Part shown: positions 23,485 to 33,292 of the stretch, piece by piece | How the letters are laid out: every line of letters begins with the position of its first letter | Numbering within the stretch: the stretch's first letter is position 1 | Source: a candidate division FCPU426 bacterium | Lineage (GTDB): Bacteria > Oederibacteriota > Muellerivitia > Muellerivitales > Muellerivitaceae | Assembly: GCA_963830915.1 (NCBI GenBank) | Contig: CAWHOE010000051.1 | Coordinates: 96,001-160,000 of the forward strand | DNA length: 64,000 bases | Reading direction: 5' to 3' | The notes under the pieces: generated by a model | Seen by the model: the letters and a program-made list of their open reading frames with translations, nothing else | The model's database searches: none | Told to the model about the DNA's origin: nothing | Program-made: the position numbers and the translations under genes

Positions 23485-24402
23485 ATGGAAGGTCCTATTT
23501 TTGTAATATTGGTCATTTTCGCTTTCATATATGTTTTTAACGCGGTCCGAATCGTCCGGCCCTACGAGAAGGGCTTGGTGGAGCGGTTGGGTAAATATAT
23601 CCGTACCTGCGAATCGGGTCTCAATATCCTTACCCCCTTCGTCGAGAAAATGATCAAGGTTGATCTTCGAGAGCAAGTCATTGAGGTTCCTCCTCAGGAA
23701 GTCATTACCAAGGACAACGTGGTTGTTACGGTCGACGCTATCATTTATTTCCATGTGAGCGATCCATTCAAGGTAGTTTACAACGTCAAACGCTTCGAGA
23801 TGTCGGCATTGAAACTGGCCCAGACGAATCTGCGCAATACCATCGGTGAATTGGATCTGGACCAGACTTTGAATAGTCGTGAACGCATCAATACCCAGAT
23901 CAGAGAGATCTTGGATGAAGCGACTGATAAATGGGGTGTAAAGGTAACGAGGGTTGAGATCCAAAAGATCGATCCACCCGCGGATATCGTGAACGCCATG
24001 AGCGCCCAAATGAAGGCCGAAAGAACGAAAAGAGCGGCGATTATCGAGGCTGAAGGGATCAAACAGGCGGCAATCACAACGGCCGAGGGTCAAAAACAAT
24101 CGGCAATCTTGAAAGCTGAAGGAGAGGCTGGTGCCATTGAAAGGGTAGCTACCGCCAACAAGTTCCAAAAGATCGCCTTGGCGGAAGGGGAAGGACAAGC
24201 GGTCTTGACGGTATTCAAGGCCATCCATGAAGGGAACCCCACACAAGATCTGCTGGCATTGAAGTATATGGAAATGCTCAAAAACGTGGCGGATGGTCAA
24301 GCTACCAAGATTTTCCTGCCATTGGAAGCGGCGGGAACTCTTGGAGCCTTGGGCACTATCGCCGAGGCTTTTAAGACTGATTTGAAGGGAAAAGGGAAAT
24401 AA
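23485..24402 (+). CDS. SPFH/stomatin (QmcA/band 7) family membrane protein
   Basis: VERLGKY, ITKDNV, LAQTNLRNTIG, WGVKVTRVEI and QMKAER motifs. Confidence 0.93.
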   Translation: MEGPIFVILVIFAFIYVFNAVRIVRPYEKGLVERLGKYIRTCESGLNILTPFVEKMIKVDLREQVIEVPPQEVITKDNVVVTVDAIIYFHVSDPFKVVYNVKRFEMSALKLAQTNLRNTIGELDLDQTLNSRERINTQIREILDEATDKWGVKVTRVEIQKIDPPADIVNAMSAQMKAERTKRAAIIEAEGIKQAAITTAEGQKQSAILKAEGEAGAIERVATANKFQKIALAEGEGQAVLTVFKAIHEGNPTQDLLALKYMEMLKNVADGQATKIFLPLEAAGTLGALGTIAEAFKTDLKGKGK

Positions 24403-24471
24403 GTTCCTACGGGGAGCGTAGAGAGCATGGTTGGTGATTACCAGCCACATTAAGAAAAGGAGAAAGGGAAA

Positions 24472-25677
24472 ATGGCTACCTACAACAAGATGAGCGTGGA
24501 AGATCTTAAACCAGCGGGAAAAAAGGTATTCGTCCGGGTGGATTTCAACGTACCTCAGGATGAGAGCCTAAAGATCACGGACGATACCCGTATCCGCGAG
24601 TCACTCAAGACCATTAAGTACCTTTCAGATAAAGGGGCGAAAGTCATCCTTTGTTCCCATTTGGGAAGACCCAAAGGAAAAAAGAACGATAAATACAGTC
24701 TGAAACCTGTAGCGGTTCGTTTGGCGGAATTGTTAGGTAAACCGGTTTTGATGCTCCCAGATTGCATAGGGGACGCAGTGAAGGCGGAGATCGCCAAGAT
24801 GAAGGATGGCGATGTTGCCTTGTTGGAGAATGTTCGATTCTACGAACAAGAGGAAAAAAACGATCCAACCTTCGCCAAACAGCTTTCTGAATTGGCGGAA
24901 ATCTATGTGAATGACGCCTTTGGGACAGCCCATCGGGCTCACGCCTCCACCGAAGGCGTTACCAAGTACTTGAAACCTTGTGCGGCGGGATTCCTGATGA
25001 TGAAGGAGATAAAATACCTAGGTGGGGCGGTTTCCAATCCCGGGCATCCTTTCGTCGCCATTATCGGGGGCGCAAAGATTTCCGGAAAGATCGATGTCAT
25101 CTCTAATCTTATGAATGTGGCAGACACTGTCATAGTGGGTGGCGGGATGGCTTATACCTTTTTCAAGTCCGAGGGATATGAAATCGGGAAGTCTTTATTG
25201 GAAGCTGATAAAGTTGAATTGGCCAAAGAAACCTTGGCGAAGTCCAAGAGGATCAACAAGCCACTGCTCCTGCCGGTCGACAACGTTATCGCACAGGATC
25301 TAAAGGAAGGGGTTCCAACAAAAGTTGTTCCGTCAAATCAGATCCCGGCTGATTGGGAAGGTTTGGATGTTGGGCCTGAAACGTTGAAAAAATATAAGGA
25401 AGTTATCTCGAAAGCTAAGACAATTTTTTGGAATGGTCCTGTGGGGGCTTTTGAGGTAAAACCATTCGACAAGGGAACCATGGAAGTCGCCAAGATGTTG
25501 GCTGAAGCTACTGGCCGTGGGGCTGACACTATCGTAGGAGGCGGAGACTCGGTCGCCGCAGTTACTCAGATGGGTCTTTCCGATAAGATGTCCCATGTTT
25601 CTACCGGAGGTGGGGCGTCCTTGGAGTTCATGGAAGGCAAGATTCTTCCTGGGATCGCGGCTTTATCGGATAAATAG
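24472..25677 (+). CDS. pgk: phosphoglycerate kinase
   Basis: RVDFNVP, SHLGRP, NDAFGTAHR and STGGGASLE motifs. Confidence 0.98.
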   Translation: MATYNKMSVEDLKPAGKKVFVRVDFNVPQDESLKITDDTRIRESLKTIKYLSDKGAKVILCSHLGRPKGKKNDKYSLKPVAVRLAELLGKPVLMLPDCIGDAVKAEIAKMKDGDVALLENVRFYEQEEKNDPTFAKQLSELAEIYVNDAFGTAHRAHASTEGVTKYLKPCAAGFLMMKEIKYLGGAVSNPGHPFVAIIGGAKISGKIDVISNLMNVADTVIVGGGMAYTFFKSEGYEIGKSLLEADKVELAKETLAKSKRINKPLLLPVDNVIAQDLKEGVPTKVVPSNQIPADWEGLDVGPETLKKYKEVISKAKTIFWNGPVGAFEVKPFDKGTMEVAKMLAEATGRGADTIVGGGDSVAAVTQMGLSDKMSHVSTGGGASLEFMEGKILPGIAALSDK

Positions 25678-25696
25678 TAGACAACCAAGTTTTTCG

Positions 25697-25729
25697 AGCG
25701 GGTGCCAATTGATTGGCACCCGCTTTTTT
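25697..25729 (+). terminator. rho-independent terminator
   Basis: agcgggtgccaat-tg-attggcacccgct stem followed by a T run. Confidence 0.8.
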
Positions 25730-25762
25730 AATACGAATATAAATTAATTCAAGGAGATTTCG

Positions 25763-26512
25763 ATGCGTAAACCTGTCTTGGCGGGGAATTGGAAAATGTA
25801 CAAATCGATCAAAGAGTCGGTCGATTTCGTCAAGGAGCTTCAGGAAAAATTGAAAAACATCAAGGATCGCGAGATTCTGGTTTGCCCCAGCTATCTTTCC
25901 GTGCCAGCGGTTGCGGAAGCCTTAGGCTTCTCTAATATCCAAGTAGGGTGTCAAGATGCCCATTGGGAGAATGAAGGGGCATATACGGGTAATGTGAGTC
26001 CGGCCATGGCGAAGGAAGCAGGAGTCGCTTACATTATCCTGGGACATTCCGAGAAAAGACAGTATGACGCCGAAACAGATCAAAGGATCAACAAGAAGCT
26101 AAAAAACGTGCTTAAGAATGGGTTGAAAGCCATCGTATGTGTCGGAGAAACTTTGCAGGAAAGGGAATCATCAAAGACCGAAAAAGTGATCGAAAACCAA
26201 TTGACGGGGTGCTTTGAAGGTATTGGTTTAGGTGATTTGATGAACATTGTGATCGCTTATGAACCGGTTTGGGCTATAGGCACAGGAAAAACGGCAACGC
26301 CGGAGCAAGCCAATGAAGTTCATGCGTTTATAAGGGGTTGGATCGGAAAGAAGTTCAATCAAGAAGCGGCCGATGCGATGAGGATCCAATATGGAGGAAG
26401 CGTTAAACCGGAGAATATTAAGCAATTAATGGACCAACCGGATATCGATGGCGCCTTGGTCGGAGGAGCTAGCCTAAAAGTCGATTCTTTTTCCGCCATT
26501 GCAGGGTACTAA
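25763..26512 (+). CDS. tpiA: triose-phosphate isomerase
   Basis: AGNWKM, GHSE, AYEPVWAIGTG, YGGSV and LVGGAS motifs. Confidence 0.98.
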   Translation: MRKPVLAGNWKMYKSIKESVDFVKELQEKLKNIKDREILVCPSYLSVPAVAEALGFSNIQVGCQDAHWENEGAYTGNVSPAMAKEAGVAYIILGHSEKRQYDAETDQRINKKLKNVLKNGLKAIVCVGETLQERESSKTEKVIENQLTGCFEGIGLGDLMNIVIAYEPVWAIGTGKTATPEQANEVHAFIRGWIGKKFNQEAADAMRIQYGGSVKPENIKQLMDQPDIDGALVGGASLKVDSFSAIAGY

Positions 26513-26550
26513 AACCGATTTGGTTTAAAAGTTTTATTGGAAATTAGTGG

Positions 26551-26583
26551 CTGGTTTCATTTAAAATGAAACCAGTTTCATTT
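26551..26583. promoter_or_regulatory. overlapping palindromes upstream of secG, LacI-operator-like
   Basis: ctggtttcattt-a-aaatgaaaccag (26551-26575) overlaps aaatgaaac-ca-gtttcattt (26564-26583). Confidence 0.5.
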
Positions 26584-26599
26584 AAACCTAAGGAGTAAC

Positions 26600-26995
26600 A
26601 TGACTGTCTTAATCACCATCTTGTTTGTTTTGACATCTTTTCTTCTGGTCGGTGTAGTTTTGATTCAGCAGCCCAAAACATCAGGGGGATTATTTTCCGG
26701 AACTGGACAGAGTCTATTGGGAACTGGAGGTAAAACATTTTGGACGAAGTTCACAGTCATTGTGGCCGCTGTTTTTATGACCTTGTGTTTGATATTGTCT
26801 GTCATTCCACGTTTGGAAAAACCAGGAAGTTCAATAGCTGATATCATTGAGAAGCAACAGCAAGCCGCTCATCCGGGGGGGGCTGCGCAGTCTGGCACCG
26901 CACCCGCTCAGGCTGCTTCTGATACCAAGTCAAATCCTGCGCCGCAGGCAGTACCTGGGTTACCGAACCCGAGCAATCAACCGGCTACGAAATAA
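26600..26995 (+). CDS. secG: preprotein translocase subunit SecG
   Basis: Two TM helices, VLIQQPK..GG..G...G....TKFT; conserved position after tpiA. Confidence 0.9.
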   Translation: MTVLITILFVLTSFLLVGVVLIQQPKTSGGLFSGTGQSLLGTGGKTFWTKFTVIVAAVFMTLCLILSVIPRLEKPGSSIADIIEKQQQAAHPGGAAQSGTAPAQAASDTKSNPAPQAVPGLPNPSNQPATK

Positions 26996-27046
26996 TATTG
27001 TTGATGGATTTAGCTTTTTAATAAATTAAGCAGGAGTGAAAACGAT

Positions 27047-28111
27047 ATGATAGGTGGAAGCGGATCCAGATCTACACTAAAGCAAATAGCTAAATATTGC
27101 GGTGTTTCCCATACGACCGTTTCCATGGTCATCAACCAAAATCCAAGGATATCAGCTGAGACCCGGGAAAAGGTTATGGCCGCCATCAAGAAGTTCAATT
27201 ATTACCCAAACGTAGCGGCTCGTAGTCTGGTCATGTCCAGGACGAATACGATCGGTATTTTCGGCACCATGTTCGATTCCCCTTATTACAATGAGATTAT
27301 TCGCGGTATTGAGATGGAATGTCGTCACGCTAATGTCGACCTGAAGATCTATAACTGCAACGGTAGCCTTGAGGATTTCAACGATATCTATGACCGTATT
27401 CTTGGCGAGCGTCGAATTGACGCTGTTATCGCTCTTTCTGTGCCGATGGAAGACGCTGTTTTAGACCGATTCCGCAAGGAAGAATTGCCTCTGATTATTT
27501 TGCAACCAGTGGCTATTGAAGGACCCAATCATTTATTGGAAAAAATACCTACCCTTCAAGCGGAAGACCATAAAGGAATCTATAAAGCGGTTTCGTATCT
27601 TATTTCCCTTGGGCACAAAAGGATCGGTTTTGTGAATGGACCTGAGCATTTAAAAATCTGTCAGGACCGTCAATCGGGATATCGGGAAGCCCTTCGGGAT
27701 AACAACATTCCCTATCAAGAATTCATGGTTGCCTATTCGCATTTCCGTCCGGACGCTTTCACAATGGACGCGGGTTATCAATTGGGAAGGGAACTTTTGG
27801 ATAGGATCCCGGATATGACCGCCATTTGTTGCGTTTCGGATACCATGGCAATCGGTGTCATGAAAGCAGCCCGCCATAAGGGTAAGTCGGTACCTGAAAA
27901 CGTCTCTATTATTGGATTCGATGATACCTATGTGGCTCGCTTAGCTGATCCATCCCTGACAACCCTGCATCAGCCCCTTTTGGAGATGGGGAAAGCTTCG
28001 GTGACCATCGCTCACTCGATCTTGAATGGGAAAGCAGTCGAATACCTTCATCGGGGCTTCGACGTGGAATTGATCATCCGAGAATCAACCGCTAAGCCTC
28101 GGAAGAAATAA
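27047..28111 (+). CDS. LacI-family transcriptional regulator
   Basis: TLKQIAKYCGVSHTTVS HTH, YYPNVAARSL, GFDD and LIIREST. Confidence 0.95.
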   Translation: MIGGSGSRSTLKQIAKYCGVSHTTVSMVINQNPRISAETREKVMAAIKKFNYYPNVAARSLVMSRTNTIGIFGTMFDSPYYNEIIRGIEMECRHANVDLKIYNCNGSLEDFNDIYDRILGERRIDAVIALSVPMEDAVLDRFRKEELPLIILQPVAIEGPNHLLEKIPTLQAEDHKGIYKAVSYLISLGHKRIGFVNGPEHLKICQDRQSGYREALRDNNIPYQEFMVAYSHFRPDAFTMDAGYQLGRELLDRIPDMTAICCVSDTMAIGVMKAARHKGKSVPENVSIIGFDDTYVARLADPSLTTLHQPLLEMGKASVTIAHSILNGKAVEYLHRGFDVELIIRESTAKPRKK

Positions 28112-28151
28112 TACTTTTCTTCTAGGATTTATTCTCGTTTGTTTTCCTATA

Positions 28152-29780
28152 ATGACCAATATGTTCACTCATCTAACATTTCCAAGACGTATCTTTGGAT
28201 GTTTGCTAAGCGCTTGCTTGGTTTGGCTTTCATTCCCGAATTTCATTGAAAAATCAATTGATCCTTGGGGCGCTCCATTAGCTTGGATCGCGCTGGTTCC
28301 TTTATTCATCGCACTGAGGGGAACTTCGGCCAAACAAAGCGCATGGTTGGGTTTCGTTTTTGGGTTTTCGCAATTAGGTTCAATAGTCTATTGGATCGCC
28401 ATTTTGGAAGAAGCTAAATACCTTGGTTTTTGGGCATGGGGAGCTCTTGTTTTATATTTGAGTATTTATTTTCTTATATTCGGCTGGCTCTACACCCGAT
28501 CGATGGAAAAACTCAAACTTCCAGGACTTTGGGCGGCTCCTTTCATTTGGGTGGCTTTGGAATATATCCGAGGGTCACGGCCATGGGGTGGTTTTAATTG
28601 GGGCGAGATAGGATTCACTCAAGCTTCGAATCCTTCACTACTGTTTGTGACTTCTTTTACGGGTATATACGGGATGACATTTTTAATCGTTTGGGTGAAC
28701 GCGGCTTTCTCTGATGGGATTTACCGGTTAGGGGATCCATTGGTTGATTCGTCCCAAAAGCGTTTGAAAATGACAAGCCTCAAATATTTTCTTCTGCCGA
28801 TACTGGTCATGGGCGCTTTCTGGGGCATTGGAAAATATGAGATCGAATCAACGGTATTAACGAAAACGGGTACTGTTGTTTTATTACAACCGAACATCGA
28901 CCAGTCGGTTAAATGGAGCCGAGCGTTTGAAAAGGAAACCTATGCTAGGTATGAAAAGTTATTGACGGCTTCGGCTCCTTTACGGCCAGACTTGATCTTA
29001 TGGCCGGAAACCGGAGCCCCTGCTTATTTATTATGGGACCCAAAGGTTTTAGCGATGGTTTCAGGGATGGTGAAAAGAACCGGGACTCCTCAATTGGTTG
29101 GATGTTTGGATATTGAGAATGATAAGAAAGGAACCATCCGTTATTACAATGCGGCGGTTCACTTTGATATGTCGGGAAAACCCAAAGGTGTCTATAGGAA
29201 GAGGCATTTGGTACCCTTTGGAGAATTCATACCATTTCAAAAATATCTGAAATTTCTTGGCCCTATTGTCAGCAATCTAGGCAGTTTTGACTCTGGTAAA
29301 GAATACCAAAAGTTCCAAGCTAAAACCTTTACTTATTCCCCGAATATTTGTTATGAGGCTGTCTTTTCAAATGATGTCCGGCAGTCCTTGGCGAATCAGG
29401 CTGACGCAATTGTCAACATCAGCAATGACGCTTGGTATGGTCATACAGCGGCGGCATTCCAACATGCCTTGATGGAAGTAACAAGATCAGCCGAGGAGCG
29501 AAGACCTTTGCTGAGAGCCGCGAACACTGGTATTTCCTTGGTGACCGACCCTTTCGGCAGGATCATCCAATGGTCCCCTTTCTTTACCCAGGAACCCCTC
29601 CAAGGGGATGTGTTGATAGCGTCCAATAATCAAACCTTTTATTTCAAATACGGGAATTGGCTTCCTAGGTTATGTGTATTAATCACTTTTGGTTTGATTC
29701 TGATCCTTGTTTGGAAACGTAATAAGGAAAGGATATTCGCAAGGAACAATCAATTGTTCGACCGTATTCATTCACTCTGA
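28152..29780 (+). CDS. lnt: apolipoprotein N-acyltransferase
   Basis: QPNI, WPET, KRHLVPFGE, ICYE, SNDAWY and RAANTGIS motifs. Confidence 0.95.
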   Translation: MTNMFTHLTFPRRIFGCLLSACLVWLSFPNFIEKSIDPWGAPLAWIALVPLFIALRGTSAKQSAWLGFVFGFSQLGSIVYWIAILEEAKYLGFWAWGALVLYLSIYFLIFGWLYTRSMEKLKLPGLWAAPFIWVALEYIRGSRPWGGFNWGEIGFTQASNPSLLFVTSFTGIYGMTFLIVWVNAAFSDGIYRLGDPLVDSSQKRLKMTSLKYFLLPILVMGAFWGIGKYEIESTVLTKTGTVVLLQPNIDQSVKWSRAFEKETYARYEKLLTASAPLRPDLILWPETGAPAYLLWDPKVLAMVSGMVKRTGTPQLVGCLDIENDKKGTIRYYNAAVHFDMSGKPKGVYRKRHLVPFGEFIPFQKYLKFLGPIVSNLGSFDSGKEYQKFQAKTFTYSPNICYEAVFSNDVRQSLANQADAIVNISNDAWYGHTAAAFQHALMEVTRSAEERRPLLRAANTGISLVTDPFGRIIQWSPFFTQEPLQGDVLIASNNQTFYFKYGNWLPRLCVLITFGLILILVWKRNKERIFARNNQLFDRIHSL

Positions 29781-29783
29781 ACC

Positions 29784-30164
29784 ATGGCTCGACCCCAAAA
29801 CCCCCAACTACTTAAAGTTGCATCGGTCGATGAATTGAAAGATGGCCAATCAAAAAAGTTCAATGTTAAGCGCGGGGAACTGGTGACGGAAGCTTTTCTC
29901 ATTCGATTTAATGGAGGTTATTTCGCCTATTTAAATCTTTGCCGTCATTGGACCGTTGGCCTGGATTTTGATGACAACGATTTCTTTTCAGAGGACAAAA
30001 AATGGCTGGTTTGCAAGAACCACGGGGCTGTTTATCATCCGGAAACGGGGCAATGCGCGGGAGGGCCGTGCAATGGGGCCGGCTTATACCAGGTCCCATT
30101 GGCCGAACGAAAAGGGAATCTCTATGCCGATATCAAAGGGATTGATTGGGGTATAACGGAATGA
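29784..30164 (+). CDS. Rieske 2Fe-2S ferredoxin-like protein
   Basis: CRH and CKNHG ligand motifs; GQCAGGPC. Confidence 0.88.
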   Translation: MARPQNPQLLKVASVDELKDGQSKKFNVKRGELVTEAFLIRFNGGYFAYLNLCRHWTVGLDFDDNDFFSEDKKWLVCKNHGAVYHPETGQCAGGPCNGAGLYQVPLAERKGNLYADIKGIDWGITE

Positions 30165-31220
30165 TCAGATAGGATGCAAACCGCGGCGGGTCAACCCGGT
30201 CGTTTCATCCAATCCGAACATAAGATTCATGTTTTGGACCCCGACATGGGCTCCGCCCTTACCGATACTATCGAGAACACTGAAGACCACGATACGATCC
30301 CTGGTCTCATCCACATCTAGGCCGATGTAGGAGAAGTTCGTTCCTGATACGCTATTGACCCAGGGATAGGGTTTATATTGCCAGGAAACACCCTGCTCTT
30401 TTGGAAGGTCGTATACTTTTACGAAATATTCATTCTTGTAAAATTCCTTATATAAACCCAGAAGTTTTGTTCGAGTGACTTTTTTCTTTGGAAAAACATG
30501 GCACACATCCAGGATCCCTCGGACGATCGGAACGTAGACAGGGGTGAAATGAACTTTCACCTTTCCCTTGGAAAGTGCCCCCAACTCCTGTTCCATCTCA
30601 TGGGTATGCCTATGGCCTACCACATTGTAGGGGATAAGGTTGTTACCTATCTCGGCGTGATGCGCGGGACGGGACAGATCGGCGCCGATACCAGCGGTTC
30701 CGGAAAGACCGTCGACAACGATCTTGGCTGTATCGATCAACCCTTCTTTAACCAGAGGGGCCAAACCAAGAATGGCTGCTGACGCAAAACAACCTGGATT
30801 GGCGATGAGATCAGATTTCTTGATCGCTTCTCGGTGCAATTCGGCGATCCCATAAACGGCTTTCCGAACAAGGTCCCAACTTTTATGTTTTTTCTGATAG
30901 ACCTTTTCCCAGTTTTTCCTGTCCGTTAAGCGAAAGTCTGCTCCAAGGTCGATGACCTTGCATCCTTTTTTCAAGAACTGAGGGGCCAACTCCATTGGAA
31001 CGCCAGTCGGTAAAGCCATGAATACAACATCGCAGGGCGTTGTCTGGTCTGGACGTATGAAATGAATACCTGCATCGTAAAGGTTCGGATGGTAATCGGA
31101 AACCTGTGAGTCGCTTCGACTGGTGGCCCAAGCAATCTCGACTTCAGGATGATCCATCAGGACTCGGAGTACCTCGCCGCCCATATAACCGGTGGCGCCG
31201 TAGATTCCAGCCTTTATCAT
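30165..31220 (-). CDS. argC: N-acetyl-gamma-glutamyl-phosphate reductase (ArgC/LysY family)
   Basis: GATGYMG, IDLGADFRL, ANPGC, HRH..E and QNMNLMFG motifs; LysY not excluded. Confidence 0.85.
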   Translation of the reverse strand: MIKAGIYGATGYMGGEVLRVLMDHPEVEIAWATSRSDSQVSDYHPNLYDAGIHFIRPDQTTPCDVVFMALPTGVPMELAPQFLKKGCKVIDLGADFRLTDRKNWEKVYQKKHKSWDLVRKAVYGIAELHREAIKKSDLIANPGCFASAAILGLAPLVKEGLIDTAKIVVDGLSGTAGIGADLSRPAHHAEIGNNLIPYNVVGHRHTHEMEQELGALSKGKVKVHFTPVYVPIVRGILDVCHVFPKKKVTRTKLLGLYKEFYKNEYFVKVYDLPKEQGVSWQYKPYPWVNSVSGTNFSYIGLDVDETRDRIVVFSVLDSIGKGGAHVGVQNMNLMFGLDETTGLTRRGLHPI

Positions 31221-31258
31221 GGAAGGCCTCCTAAGCTTGAAGGAATAAGAAGAATTAA

Positions 31259-31334
31259 TGGCGACCCCAACGGGAGTCGAACCCGTGTTGCCGGGATGAA
31301 AACCCGGTGTCCTAGGCCACTAGACGATGGGGTC
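31259..31334 (-). tRNA. tRNA-Glu (TTC)
   Basis: Reverse complement GACCCCA...CCGGG-TT-TTC-AT-CCCGG...GGTTCGACTCC...TGGGGTCGCCA. Confidence 0.95.
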
Positions 31335-31568
31335 GCATGAAACCGCTTTAAAACGTTCAAAAGAGAGCAAATTCTAGGTGACCATTCATGGGAAGTCAAG
31401 GAAAGGAACCTATCCGACAACTGATTAAACCATGCATTAGGGCTCAAGGGTTGAAAAAGAATGAAAGAGACGCTTGGGGAAGCGCTTTTAAATTAATTGA
31501 AAAAGTGAGATGACGATACCCGTTGGAAAAGATTATGATAACCAAGCTATTTTCAAATGGAGGGACCC

Positions 31569-32111
31569 ATGATGCGGAATGGATTGGCTTTGTTGTTCTG
31601 TGGATTATTAATCGCTGGATGCGGAGGAAACAGGATGGCTGATAAAGATAGCAAGGCCGGGGTTGAAAGTCAGGTGGCATCCGGAAATCCGAAAGTTTTG
31701 TTTGAGACTACCCAAGGTTCCTTTACGGTAGAACTTTTCGCCGATGTTCCTACAACGACCAAGAATTTCGTAGATCTTGTTTCATCCGGATTTTATAACG
31801 GACTTACCTTTCACCGGTATGTGCCAGGATTCGTTATTCAGGGAGGGGATCCATCAGGTACGGGAGGTGGTGGATCGGAAAAAACCATACCATTGGAAAT
31901 CGTTCCAACCCATAAACATGATAAAGGGGCTATGGGAATGGCAAGAAACAGTGATCCTAACTCGGCATCGAGCCAATTTTATTTCTGTTTAGCGGATGCG
32001 CATAATTTGGACGGCGGATATACAGTTTTTGGCCAGGTTATTGATGGGATGGATAATGTTATGAAATTAAGGCAAGGGGATAAAATGACGAAAGTTACCC
32101 TTGTTAAATAA
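31569..32111 (+). CDS. cyclophilin-type peptidyl-prolyl isomerase, lipoprotein
   Basis: Lipobox IAGC; FYNGLTFHR, FVIQGGDP, MAR and SASSQF motifs. Confidence 0.93.
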   Translation: MMRNGLALLFCGLLIAGCGGNRMADKDSKAGVESQVASGNPKVLFETTQGSFTVELFADVPTTTKNFVDLVSSGFYNGLTFHRYVPGFVIQGGDPSGTGGGGSEKTIPLEIVPTHKHDKGAMGMARNSDPNSASSQFYFCLADAHNLDGGYTVFGQVIDGMDNVMKLRQGDKMTKVTLVK

Positions 32112-32183
32112 TTGTGCTTTAAAAAAATTTAACAACCTCTATTGAAAGCTTAAAAATCAGCCAAACTGAACGGAGTAAGTGAA

Positions 32184-33221
32184 ATGGCCATTACGATCAA
32201 GGATGTAGCCCTTCGGGCCGGCGTTTCAGTCGCGACTGTTTCAAGGGTTGTGAATCAGAAAGATATCCACAAAGTCGGTTTAAAAACCCAGCAACGAATT
32301 GAAAAGATCCTTAAAGAACTTGGTTATTACCCGAACACTATGGCGCGTGGACTTAAAACACGTCGTACTTATAACATCGGTGTTGTTTTCTTTTGGTATG
32401 ACAAACCTTCCTTAAGTGATTTTTATCTCACGCGTGTTTTGGACGGCATCATTAGTTTTATCAGCGAGAAACGATATAACATTCTGATGAATACATTCAG
32501 CAGACAGATCCAGAACGAGGGAATATACGCTAACTTTGTTAATTCTGGCCTTTTGGACGGGGTGTTGGCGATTGCGCCTCCGGTTGAGTCTCGATTTTTT
32601 CAGGATTTAAAACAAGGTTCTTTGCCCTATGTTTTGGTTAATTATCAAGTCAATGATCCGGATGTTTGTTTCGTCGATTGCCTGAATACCCAAGGAATCA
32701 TCGATGTGGTTGATCATTTGATCGCTTTGGATCACAAACGGATCGGCTTTATATCGGGTGATATCGAATATTCCAAGAATTCCCTGGATCGATATAACGC
32801 TTTTAAATACATTCTCAAAAAACGCGGGTTGCCATTACATGACGAGCATATCTTCTTTGGAAATTGGACTGAAGTGTCGGGTACTAAAGCCGTTGAAGCC
32901 TTCTGGAAAACCAAAAATCCTCCTACGGCCATCATTGCAGGGAATGACACAATGGCGTTGGGTGCTTGGAAAGAACTTGAAAGAAGAGGGCTGAAAGTGC
33001 CCATGGATGTTGCGGTTTGCGGTTTTGATGACCTTGCGTCCGAATCTGGATTGACTACTGTTCACCAACCAGCTTTTGATATGGGTTTTGAAGCTGCGAA
33101 GATGCTATGGAATCAGATAGAGAAAAAACCACTTGATTATATGCATCGCTTTTTCCCGACTAAATTGGTGGTCCGGGAGAGTTGTGGGTATTATTTGAAA
33201 AATTCTCACGAAAAAAAGTAG
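32184..33221 (+). CDS. LacI-family transcriptional regulator
   Basis: TIKDVALRAGVSVATVSRV, YYPNTMARGL, GFDD and LVVRESC. Confidence 0.95.
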   Translation: MAITIKDVALRAGVSVATVSRVVNQKDIHKVGLKTQQRIEKILKELGYYPNTMARGLKTRRTYNIGVVFFWYDKPSLSDFYLTRVLDGIISFISEKRYNILMNTFSRQIQNEGIYANFVNSGLLDGVLAIAPPVESRFFQDLKQGSLPYVLVNYQVNDPDVCFVDCLNTQGIIDVVDHLIALDHKRIGFISGDIEYSKNSLDRYNAFKYILKKRGLPLHDEHIFFGNWTEVSGTKAVEAFWKTKNPPTAIIAGNDTMALGAWKELERRGLKVPMDVAVCGFDDLASESGLTTVHQPAFDMGFEAAKMLWNQIEKKPLDYMHRFFPTKLVVRESCGYYLKNSHEKK

Positions 33222-33232
33222 TTATCATTTAA

Positions 33233-33263
33233 TAAACCGGTTTTTGTTTTGAATCGGTTTTAC
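33233..33263. promoter_or_regulatory. tandem LacI-type operators upstream of the glycoside hydrolase
   Basis: taaaccggttt palindrome plus gaatcggttt, between the LacI gene and the GH start. Confidence 0.55.
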
Positions 33264-33292
33264 ACACCTTTTTGAAAAGGAGCTTTGATTTC

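Noticed and set aside
23422..24450. 342-aa antisense ORF, and similar shadow ORFs at 3694-4518, 21968-22585 and 2031-2558
   Set aside because: They lie opposite well-conserved genes, have no motifs, and are typical codon-bias shadows
31217..31447. 76-aa ORF upstream of argC
   Set aside because: It overlaps tRNA-Glu on the same strand and is spurious
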